This document shows, one piece after another, positions 12,379-23,724 of a DNA stretch of 64,000 nucleotides. The stretch comes from Glycera tridactyla (lineage: Eukaryota), in assembly GCA_965644265.1 (NCBI GenBank), contig CBFFRO010000022.1, positions 248,001-312,000 of the forward strand. The letters are read 5' to 3'. The notes below the pieces were generated by a model. It saw nothing but the letters and a program-made list of their open reading frames with translations. It ran no database searches and had not been told where the DNA came from. Position 1 is the stretch's first letter. The number at the start of each line of letters is the position of its first letter. The translations under genes and the position numbers were made by a program.

Positions 12379-14765
12379 CTGTCCACGCTGGTGCAACTGC
12401 TTCCAAGCAACTCCTGCATTCCATGGGCCACATAAACAGAATGTATTTGAGGTTACCATGGTTACCTGGTGTGCAGGCTTTCTCCCGTGGCCATGCTATA
12501 TCAATATTATCAGGTCTAAATTGATGAAATTGCAGGAGGTAGTGGCTTACTCTTGTAATCCTATATGTCTGGACTGGAATATATCCCATCACCTTCCATC
12601 TCTCTCCATTGCTTCCCTCCCATACCATTTCAGACTTTCCACAAGTCCAAAAACTGACCCATGACTGATGCGAGCTCTTCACCTTATGATATTGATCCAA
12701 ATCAGGATGGGCTTATTCCATCTTTAAGAATAGTCAGACCTCCCTCCCCTTACTTTATAGAAAATTAGGATTGATTTGTACCCTATTAATTCTCAAAAGT
12801 ATGTCTACATATTCCTGTAAACCATATATTGGCTTGATTTCTAACTTTTAGAAATAAGTGAATTATAAAAGTCACAGTGTGAAAATTCTTAGCAGAAACT
12901 TAAGAAATGCATCCACATTCTTTTGAGACCACTTGGCCTGCAAGTTAGATACGTCTCAGGAGCTCCCCATATATACAGGGGATGGTGTGTCAGCCCTGGT
13001 CCTGTTTGAGCAATAAACAGAGCAAACATTTAAGCATAAATGCTCAAAGATACAGCAATCACGAGATAATGTGAAGGTTGGGAAGTTCCTCATGGTCACT
13101 GCTCAGCTTATGAGCTCAGCTTATTATACAGGGAATGATATTTTGGAAGTTCCTTGAAATGGGAAAAATAATATGACCCTGAAATGGTTCAGGGGTCAGC
13201 CGGAAGATAGGGCCGAATGTGTGTTACTTTATCTTGACACACAGACATGGCCAATAGATATATGGACAGCCATCACGACTGCTGCAGTGCTCTATTCAGC
13301 TCGATTTACTACGACCAACTCTCTCCCAACCAACGCTACCAGGCTTTACCGTCAGTTCGCCTTGCTTCTCTTGATTCGTTCTTCACGAGCAACAATATCA
13401 ATGTTTCTTTGAGTAAGATCATTTGCAGTTGTTATTGACCTGAATAGAATCTATCAGAAATGCCATATTTCACACACAGAAATAGTCGAATCTAGCACAA
13501 ATAGTTGATCAATTCATTGTAGAGTGAATACAGAGCATGCAACCTCCATAGATTAAGAACAAGTGGTATACATAATCTGTTGGGTTGATACTTGTTGTTG
13601 AATTCCAAACAGTCAAAGAAATCTGAACCCATACTGAGAAGCCAGTATTTCAGCCATGAGCTCGAATGGCAACTTCTGGAAATGACTTACTCACATATCT
13701 TGGGACTTGAGATAATGCACCAATCAAAGTGTGCTATGAAGTTGGGTCTCTTTCCAATATGTGATTTGATATGTTTCAAGAGGGGGGCGAGATGGACTTC
13801 CAACATCTGGTGATTCTTTTGCTGATGTGGGTAGGTGTTGAGCAGCAGCCAGTTTGCAGAGATGAGCATTGCCTCATATGGTTACCGTGCTTATTTGTAC
13901 CAGGCATGAGTTGGCGTTGATATCAGCTCACATTGGTGTGATGGTGATTTACGGAAGCGGGTCAGCACTCTATTGCCTGACCAATCAGGCATGATGTTAG
14001 CGGGGTTGCTCGCCTGCGCGATCCGCATGCTGCAAGCTTACCCAATGTCAAACCATATGCTGGCCACTCAGCAATTTTCCCTGCCTAAACTTATGCTGCA
14101 TGTGCTCAACTTGAGCATGGAGCATTTTGCTCTGATCCCCTGGGCATTCAATGTGTTCGATTCACATATTCAAACTTTATTTCAATTTATTGCTTCTACT
14201 GCAAATCCAGATAGTGAGTGACGTTAGTGAAACTTGCCTCTGAGCAACTTGCCCAAGTAATGCTATTGTCTAGGTTGACTTCATTCCAATATCTAGTATC
14301 TTGGGGTCACCTTTTTGTCAGAGGGCGATCATATTTAGTGTGTAATAATTGTGATTTATTTCAAGTCCTCGCTGTCCACTTGGCTCTGGCTTCAAGGTAA
14401 TCCTATTGATTGCCTCTTTCCATTTTCTTCCATTGTCAGGTTCCCCCTATGGGATTAGCTGTAAATATTCCCTTCTAGCTGAGGCTGGCACCACTACTGG
14501 CATTCTCTTTAAGTGTAATTAATGATTAAATTATCATCCTCAAACACACACACACATTTTTTGGGTTGTGTACATGTATTCACAAAGATGAGGAAGTCAT
14601 ACCACAAGAACCTGATAAATGTTAAAATTTCTATCCATATCAGTGCAGTGATTTTTTGTGGAACAGAGTGGTGATGAAATATTTCTTGTTTATTATGATG
14701 CCATATTATTATATATGATAAGTGTGTTCATGTTGTATAATCGAGGATGTTTTAATGTGTTACAG

Positions 14766-14963
14766 AGTCCATATTTGACTGCTTCGATGCACAACGCCGC
14801 CCCTTTCAACCCTTATAGTGTGGGTCACGCGGCCTCGATGAACATGTCTGGAATGATCCAGCAGGTGGATACCGGTTCGACCGTTTCACCTAGTGCGCAG
14901 ATGTCCGTGATGGCTGGATCTGGTGTACAGGCAGCTAAAGTATCCCGTGCTGATCGACTCGAG
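14766..14963 (+). CDS. MBNL: Muscleblind-like exon: linker preceding the ZnF3/4-type pair (SPYLTASMHN...AAKVSRADRLE), phase 0/0
   Basis: Acceptor tgtgttacag| at 14765 and donor GAG|gtagtg at 14964; 198 nt with no stop. Ends RADRLE, like the RTDRLE that precedes ZnF3 in vertebrate MBNL, and joins in frame to VCREFQRG at 23392. Confidence 0.88.
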
Positions 14964-17900
14964 GTAGTGCCAAAACTCATGCCAAAACTCCCTCACAACC
15001 CTTATCACCAACAATGACCACTCCCCCCACCCCCTTTTCCTCCCTTCAATCGGACTATGTACTCTCGAATACCTTTCTGAAGGGTACACATCATGAATGT
15101 CCTTCTCTTACCACTCCAATTAATCACTCATGTATCAGCCAATCAAATAACTGATACAGTTTGTATCAGCCAATCAGGAGGTTGCATACATACACTAACC
15201 ACCATCCACCAATCATCTGATGTTACTTTAGTAGAGATTATATTATTTCCGAGAGCATTTTTATCTTTGTTTATGGTTTAGTTTAGTAATGTGGCATGGG
15301 GTGCAATGGTATTCTGCTTCTTATACATCACTCTTTGACAGTATCACAAAAAAAGCGAGAGCCTACGGTTATCGAATAAAATCACCAAATCCCATCGGCT
15401 GGCACTGCTGTTGAATCTTTTGAGGCTGATGGTTGAGGAAATTTCTATGACAGTATCATCATGTAGGTTTTGATGATTATATTTGGTAACCATTTGCTGT
15501 GAGGTTTCATACCGTCAGAGTTTGTACTCATGAGATGTTTGAATAGACTGTCCCATGAGTGCATATCTGATGTGTTTGGCTGTATCACATAGAGGATATG
15601 ATATCTGTAAGGTATCATACTTGATAGTTCATCTTGGGATTTCCTGAGGCCAGATGAGAGAGAAAATCATGCTTTATGATGCATATGACTGAATAAGGGC
15701 TTTGCTAGATCTAAGGAGAAATTTACTTCTCCATGTGTAGTCAAGACTTTGGGATTATCTAACCAATATTTCATGAGCTTTTTCATAGCATTTCACAGCA
15801 TATTTGTTGAAAATATAGCATTGTCAAAGGATAATGAAGGGATTTGAAATGCACAGAGTGTATGTCACTGTTTCTTTTGGCTCATCCAGTTATTTCTTGG
15901 CGGAAATTAAGATATGCTCCAACACAATCACATTTTACAGTGAAATCTTTCAGTTATCTAATGATCACTTTCACAGATTGTGGACATGAAAATATGTGAG
16001 AGTTGTGCTCATTCTCCAGGAGGCCTTTTTTTTTTAGGAACATAGAATTTTTTAAAATCTGATAGGAGAGTGCATGCTGTACTGCACTCAGCAAAGGATT
16101 TAGATGAAATATGGCTTTTTGAGAGAAGGGGGAACTAGCCAGTATGGTACAGTGATCCCACAGCTTTCATTCAGATGTGATTCTAACAGGCTTGATAGGG
16201 GGTACCATAAAGTTTTTGCCAATTAGCACGAATCCTATGGTCTGGTAGGAAATTCTGTGTAAAAGATGCACTGGTTGTGTGGGTGCCCTGTGTTATTTTG
16301 TGATTTATCCCAGAAGAATGACTGCTTGCAGTTCCAAAGGTCAGATTTCATTTCGTAGGTAATGACACTTTTCTGTGGATATTCTTTCATGATTCTATTA
16401 TTTTCATGTGCTATTATGTTTAGAGATTCCATATGTTTTAAATGTTTTGATCAGCCTCATTTGCCATGCATTGTTGAAGTCAGTGAGTGAAGAATGAAAT
16501 TTCATGTGCCTTACCCAACTGAATATGTTGATTAGATTTTTGTTTCACTATGTCCGGGCGTAATTATGCCACAGATGGTAACCGGATTAGGGGCATGGAT
16601 TATTATTTTCACATTTCATTATTCTCACGCATTCCATGGCTGGTTAGAATTTGGTTCAGAGATACAAAATTTAATCTGTGGCATTAAAGGTTTTTTTTCT
16701 CCTTCATGTGGGTTCTTCTCTAATACCATGAACATGATGAGTAGATATATTTTTTTTATGAGTGATCAAGATATCAAACTGTGGCAGTAATTTTTAATAA
16801 AATCTTGAAACGAAAATTCTCATCAATGTAGAACATCCAATCAGAGGACATTGCCAGAGAATTTTGTCCACTTGTCACCACCATGAAACTTTCATTTCCT
16901 AACAGGTGGAACAAAACATTTTTCAATCTTCTGACCACCCAAATTTATTGTAGAGCCTGTTGCAATTTAAGGGCAGTAATTGTGATTTTGTCAAATTGCT
17001 ATTTAGTACTTGGTGTAGGAAGATTGTAAGGTTCCATTTATCAGACTGGTCTATACAATTTTCTCATAACCAAGTAAGGTTTTTCTACTCAAATTGAGCA
17101 CATGAGATACTGTAATCATTCGGTCCTGTGTCAAGTATTCGGAACTGCAGCACAAACCTGATTCTTTGCTTTGTAGACCTGTGGCGTGTTCTGTGCTAGG
17201 TGGCAGCACAACTGATTTCTTTATATTATCAGTGTTGTTAACTTGTTTGTGATTGGTTGCACTTTCAGCCAATGAGATAGCTGCTGGGATATGAGTGCGA
17301 GCCTGCTCTATGTTGCCATGCTGACTGCTATTTGCTCTCTTTTTATCTCTGGCTCTCAATTCTATTTTATATTTTATCAATTTTTAGCTGTCACTGCTGC
17401 TGCTCTAGTACTTCTTTAGCTGATTCTGCTATCAAATTTGGATGATATTTATGAGCCTTCAATTCAGCTTGCCATCTTACTGCAGCTTCTCACTTTTACA
17501 CTTTTGCTTCTGCCACCTAAATTGTCCTTCCCAAATACCTGCTTATCCTGCTCCCAATTCCTTTACTTCCCTCCAAAGATTGAAGATCATAGAACTTGAT
17601 ATACCTGGAAATATGTTTCTTGTCCATATGGAGCCATCAACCAGTCTTGTGTTAGAAGTCAAGTGGTATCTTCCATACCCAATTTCTTTATATTAGTTGT
17701 TCATCGCATAGAATTACTTGTTAATGCTTTCCAACTGGCCAGTTCACAGGTAGCTGAATATGAATCTACATCCCATAATCCATGTCCACCCAGTTAATGA
17801 GATCTTTCTGTCCGTTGTCATGAATTCTGTTTTTAACCGGGGAAGTTGAAAATGATATGGATTTTTGATGAGGTGTAAAGGATGCCATCGGTGTATGCTA

Positions 17901-20900
17901 TGGCAGTCAATCATCAGATCCTGAATCGGCTGAAGGAGGTGTGATTGCAGTTTAATGCAATAGTTTACACATCATCTCAATCAAATTCTGCCCCCCCCCC
18001 CCCCCACCCACCCAGAACAGTTGGATTTTTCGTAATCCTCCCTATGCTGTCCAGTCTTTGTCTTCCACCACCATCATTTTCCTTCTTGTCTGACACAAAT
18101 TGGATATCATGTTCAGATCAGCCATTTTTCCATCCATACTGAAATCTGCTAAAATCAACGTCCTGCTGTACAGAAGATGTTCCATATACACACAAGATTT
18201 ATGAGCACATATCTCTATCAATTTCACCATTTATTTCTCACTCATAGACATAGTGTGTTGACAGTTTCACCAATCGATCCAAGTAGCTTTTTCGATCTCT
18301 GTTGGCATCTTTTTACATGAAAGTCTTTTCTTCGTGTGTCCTGAACCTTTTATATGAACATCCACTGGGGTATTGTCAAGGTGGCTTCGCCACATTTTAC
18401 CTTTTGATGAATGACTCCTTGAATTTGTGGTAAAAACAAGTCAAAAAGTGGCTTTGGTGAAGAATTCCTATTCGTGCGTCCAATGCTGGTGGGGTCGGAA
18501 CTGTTGTTTTGAATCATAAAATTTGGTCTCAAGATATCTTTCTCTGATGTTTCTGGTAATTCTGGCCGAACCTGTGCCTGATTCACTGGGCAGTTTTTGC
18601 TATCCACTAAACTTAGTTTGAGGTTCACCTGCAATTTTGGAAGTTTCCTCTGGATTTCCTACATAAAATGGCCCACAACTCGGATTTGAGTATGGGGCTG
18701 AATTTGTAAATCTTGTGATTCATTTGGCAATTCATTCAAGAACTCATAAGTCAGCTGTTTTGCAACTTGAATCTCCAAATACTTTAGGTTCACATTCAAT
18801 TTGCCCTTGGGCCTTTTCAGTGTTTGGCTGTGAGAAAGGAATAGCTCAAGAGCAGCTTCTTTTATCAAGATTAGACAAATCTCTGTGCAAGTTCCAACTC
18901 GTTGTTTTTCCACAACTCCAAGAGTATGCATGGACTTGCGAAAGAACTGTATTCTGATGGTAATCTGGCATATTTGGATTGAAATGTACCAAACGAAATC
19001 ATTTTGACAGAATTTTGTCCGAATTGTGTGAGATATGGTCTCATGGTCTTTATTCCTGAGGACCATAAGTTTTCAGTTGATCTGTGAAACACCACAATGA
19101 TCTTTCATTGACTACTTTCGTGAGAAGTTGGTGTTTGTCAGTCAGTATTTCCTTATTACATCTACTATTCTTCTCCTAATTATCCATGTAACATTCTCAA
19201 TGGGATTCCAATTTTTTCATATAATTGAACAAAATATCTTAGCAGTTATAACACCATCTTTGCTGCTTCGTTTGCAAGCCTGTCCATCAATATGTCCTTT
19301 TGCCCCAGCCCCATAATTTTGAGTCTTAAGTATGTATTTTTCTCTTCCATTTTTGTATGAATGAGAGGTTGCTATCCTGTCCTTGAGCACAATGTGGGTT
19401 GAAATAAGTATGAACCACACACATCACGGCTCTCAGTGTTTGAAAAACACATTTACGATGAAAAATGTCAGTTTCTAGTACCAAGTGAAAAATTGGGAAA
19501 TACTGTATCTCTTCTTGCCTCATTGCTAAATTTATCGAAGAATTTCAACTGCATATTGGAATTAATTTTTGTGATTGGCCACCAACAGTGAGTGAAATAT
19601 CAACTAAACCATGCTTCCTGTCATGGATGTTTTAGTTGATATTTTGGTGGGTTTCTTGCATGCACAGGGATTAGTTGTTTTGTGGTTCAGTGTTTTACTA
19701 CACCTAGTGGCAGTCTCTATCGATCTCAGGCCTAGTTCAGCATTGCTCATACTACCTCAGAAAGTCAAATACTGTTGAGGCTATCATTATAGGGTGATAC
19801 ATTTTCTCCAAGTTATTACACATTGTGTATTATATTCTGCATTCATGCCCAGTTTCTATAATCAATGTCACCATGGGGAGTTGAATTCCTGCTGTTTGCC
19901 ATCAGTTTAAAAACAAGGTCATTGATTATCATTATGGAAATGAATGAAATTACTATGGTAATGAGAATGCAAGTTACTGTTATCATGCACCAGATAACTG
20001 TACAAAAAACAATGGTCTTTTCCAACGAGTTATTGGTATATGTTGGATTGCATTTGCTTTGGTTGCTTGTGGCAATTGCGTCAGTGCATTCATCCAGCAT
20101 GTGTGCAAATTATTAAGATTGACAAAATTCTTCTATTTCCATTCAGGGATAGCCCCTCTATGTACACATGTGCTAAAAGGCATGTGAAATTCCATGCCTT
20201 GTGCCCAGAAGGGCACATACTTTCCACCAAAGTTTTATAGTTGTTGGCACATGAAATAATAGAGAAAGCACTTAGATTCACAATTGGTGCACACTCTTGG
20301 AAACTTGCCCAACTGGCCTTAAGCCTAAAATCATGGATTGCTGAAACTGTGTCAACTCACAGATTTCATGAGTGTATGCTGGACTCTGAAATGTGACAAC
20401 ATGTCCTGAGGTCACCACAGAAAGACACTTCACCACAGAGCAATTAGAGCAGATATAGGGTGAATGCTTGCTCCCCTGCCCCCAAACACCCCTTGTGTCT
20501 TCACTCGTGTAGACCGATTGGCAGTTCCCACAAGTTTTCTTACTCCTCTGAAGGACTCTTTTTGGACCGTATATCTTCATTTGATGGTTTCTTTATCTTT
20601 GTTTGGGTTCCAATACAAGTTTCTGCATTGAGTTTGGTGTCTTGAGTAGTGTTGGGGATCAGTTACATATTCAGAATCAATGACTGGGTGAGGCCAATCA
20701 ACTTATTACTGATTACAAATTGGTTAAAGTATGTAAACAATACATTGATACGACAGATTTCATGGGTGAGTCTACTTAGCTGGACAATTTTTCTCACATA
20801 CAGTGTTACATACACTGACATATACTTTGGATTGCCTGGTCCACTTTTCCTGATTGTAATGGACATAATTATTAAAAGTATTCTGAATTCACAATTTTGT

Positions 20901-23280
20901 ACACAAAAGTCGAAGGTGAAGGTCATAGAAGCTATGTAATTTTCCACATTTTACAAAATGACTCAAGGTCATTGCAATCATGCATTCCATTCTTTAATGA
21001 GTCTTCACCATTGCAAAGAGAGCATAATTACATAGTCTATATAATTGATCTCAAAAGAAGAAATTACATGTGGTGGTCATAGCTTCTGGTAGTGATCGCA
21101 CTAAAATCACCATCATCCATTATTACTGCAGATTTGATTGTATTGATAAGGATTGATTGGCTATATGATTCATTTCAACCAGTCATCAACTATGATAAGT
21201 GGCCGACCCAACACTAGTCTCAAGGCCTTGCGACTATGATGTTGTGCAGCTTCCTTGTATCTTGAGGAAATTAACTCCACCATCAATGTCCACACCACTG
21301 AGAGTCAGTCCCTTGTTCAAATGGCTTCAGAATGATCATGATAAACTGAGGGCATGACACATTTAAGTAATCTGTATCTTACCTATTCGGTTAAGTTGTA
21401 CATATTCACATAATTCACTTTGTATTTGAATGTCATACCACGATCACAGAGAGATTTAGCTCTGTGTGCGCTGTATCTACACCGTCATATTATTGACTCA
21501 TTCAAGTGGTAACAATCATTGAATATGTGATCTATTTTCTTCAGTTTGATGATATTATAATCTGAAAGCCAATTGGTGAAAAAATACAAGATTGGTTCAT
21601 CATTATGCTTAAAAAAATAAAAAATTGTAGAATTTTGAAGGGAGCTGATGAAATTCACTGACTAAATTGACAGCTTGAATTGCGTTATAGGGGGTATTTC
21701 ACAGTATTTTCGTAGATCACCTTAGTCTCAGGATACATGTATTTGCAAGCAGGGCCACCCCATGTATCCTTGGTTTCACTGCTTTTCACAAATAAAGAAA
21801 AACAAAGCAACTGAAGGTAGCTCTAAAATTGAAGGCAGCGCATTTAAGGCAACCTTGAATATCAGCATCTTTGACATTGGTTAAGAGGTCACCAACTGCT
21901 CCAAATTCCTGCACAAGGACATAATATTGGTGTGTAATCCATAGTTAAGCCATCGTGAACATCCCTGATGTCTCACCTGTGTTTGTAATCATCAGTTGGC
22001 CCTGTTGAAGAGTTTCCTTGGTTTTTGGTGAGAAAAATTGATGGCTTTTCGGTAGCATCCATCGGAAAATCATGAAGCCTCAGTCCATGTACTCATGTTT
22101 ATCAGTCATGATTCATCACAATTAAATTCATTTGGTTCATGATACCCCTCTGACTGTGAAGTATGTGTTCAGGTAGACTTAGACCTAATTAATAGTTAAG
22201 ACATAGTCAGTATCTCTAGATCCCACTCTTCCTGACTCTCCTCTCCACTCTTGTTACACACTCAAATATTTTTCCCAGGTCTAATACATTTTTGAACTTT
22301 CAAGTTGGAAAATGAAGTTGAGCCCTGTTTGGAAAGTGTTGCAATTATAGCAAGTTTATTGGGTTTCCCAAAGGTTGAAAGGATGACTGCTTTGGAGATT
22401 ATTCCCGGATCAAAAATATTTTATTTTGAATAATTGTCATTCTATTCCTATTAAATAGGATTGATGTATGAAAGCATGGACTGGGACATCAACAAGTTCC
22501 CAATCAGGATCAATTTTATTCTGGTGAATTCTATTGATTTGTTGATACTAGGCAGGATTGTAGAGTCACTCTGTCAGGTATTAGTTCTGGATGTTATTAC
22601 TTTTCACTTAGATTTGTAAAGAACTGAAATATTGACAGGACCAATATTCTGAAGGCATGTTCATATCTACTGCATGGCTGATGAGTTAATTTGCTCCCCA
22701 AAATCTCTTGACTGAATGCAATTGCTCCTTGTTTGCCGCCATCTTGTGGCAGATTATATCATTCATCCAGTACTGTCCTCTAGTGTCAGCTTCTTGGCCA
22801 CTAGATGGCTCTTATTCTCTCACTGCTGCATCTCACATTGGCCATCTATTTCTGACATGGGAATCCACCATGACCGATCATTAGCAGTCTTCAAAATGTG
22901 CCCTACTGGGTTGTCCTCTTTTAACACTCCTGGTATTATTCTCCTGTGCTGCCCATGAGGAAGATATAGCTATCAAAAGATGCTAATGTCTTGTTTGGAT
23001 CAAGCATAGACTAGTCAGAATAGGGGGATATCACTTGTCATGACCTTTTCGAAGTGAGATCGTGTCGGAGAATTTAACAGTCCTCTTCTTGTAATTATAC
23101 TTCAAACACGAGTTAAGACCTTTTCACCCAATATCCCTGCTCCCTGTGGCATGCTTTGGGTACTAAACATGAAATTCCTAGCTTCTGTTTTCCTTTCTTG
23201 AATTCTGGACATATTGCCGTGGCAACTGAGAGAGGTTGTTATGGTGGTGATGTCGTGAATGTGTGTGCGTATTGTTTCAG

Positions 23281-23391
23281 CCCGCATCTTCAACGACAGC
23301 GAGTGTCTCGGAGGCGTCATCATGGTCCGGTGCCGGGTCTTACGCTGACTCTATCGCTCCCAGTTCACAATATTCCCAACTATATTTTCAG
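23281..23391 (+). CDS. MBNL: Candidate 111-nt in-frame alternative exon or 5' extension ([37 protein letters not shown])
   Basis: Acceptor attgtttcag| at 23280, 37 open codons in frame with ZnF3, 9 CpG in 111 nt against a CpG-poor background, ending at CAG|GTATGT. Confidence 0.45.
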
Positions 23392-23724
23392 GTATGTCGT
23401 GAATTTCAAAGAGGTACGTGTGCGCGTCAGCCAAGTGACTGTCGCTACGCACACCCCACTGATAATGTAACGGTTGATCTGACTGACAACTCGGTTACCG
23501 TGTGTATGGATCACGTTAAGGGGAAGTGCTCGCGGGATTCTTGCCGCTACTTTCACCCTCCTGCGCACCTTCAGGTGCAGATTAAAGCCGTTCAACAGCG
23601 GGCTAGTGTCTCGAACGCCGCCACCAACGCTGCTGCCGCCGCCGCCGCCGCTGCTGGTGGCCTCACCTGCCCTGCTACTACTACCGTGCTGCCACCTTCT
23701 GCTGCCCCGCCGCACTCCACCCTG
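23392..23724 (+). CDS. MBNL: Muscleblind-like exon with tandem CCCH fingers (ZnF3/4 type) and a 9-Ala tract, phase 0/0
   Basis: [21 protein letters not shown] (CX7CX6CX3H) and [30 protein letters not shown] (CX7CX4CX3H) match the MBNL signature. Acceptor tatattttcag| at 23391. Donor CTG|gtagga at 23725 is the best candidate; the 3' boundary is less certain than the 5'. Confidence 0.95.

Noticed and set aside
13290-13420. CpG-containing stretch ending in TGA|gtaaga as a possible exon
   Set aside because: No frame ends open in phase 0 as the next exon requires, and there is no Muscleblind similarity.
14390-14520. Donor AAG|gtaatc (14398) and acceptor ttccattgtcag| (14439)
   Set aside because: They would define an intron of only about 42 nt, and I found no frame that links cleanly to exon 14766.
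14658-14765. N-terminal part of the 119-aa ORF as a start exon
   Set aside because: AT-rich intron-like sequence ending in a good acceptor at 14765; Muscleblind similarity begins after it.
18350-19095. Minus-strand ORFs faintly reminiscent of LINE reverse transcriptase
   Set aside because: No diagnostic RT motif recognisable by eye; would need a translated HMM search. The same applies to 5378-5910, 11369-11701 and 20278-20580.
23629-23655. GCN trinucleotide repeat as a pathogenic-type expansion
   Set aside because: Only nine mixed GCT/GCC Ala codons, an ordinary Ala-rich segment after ZnF4 in this family.
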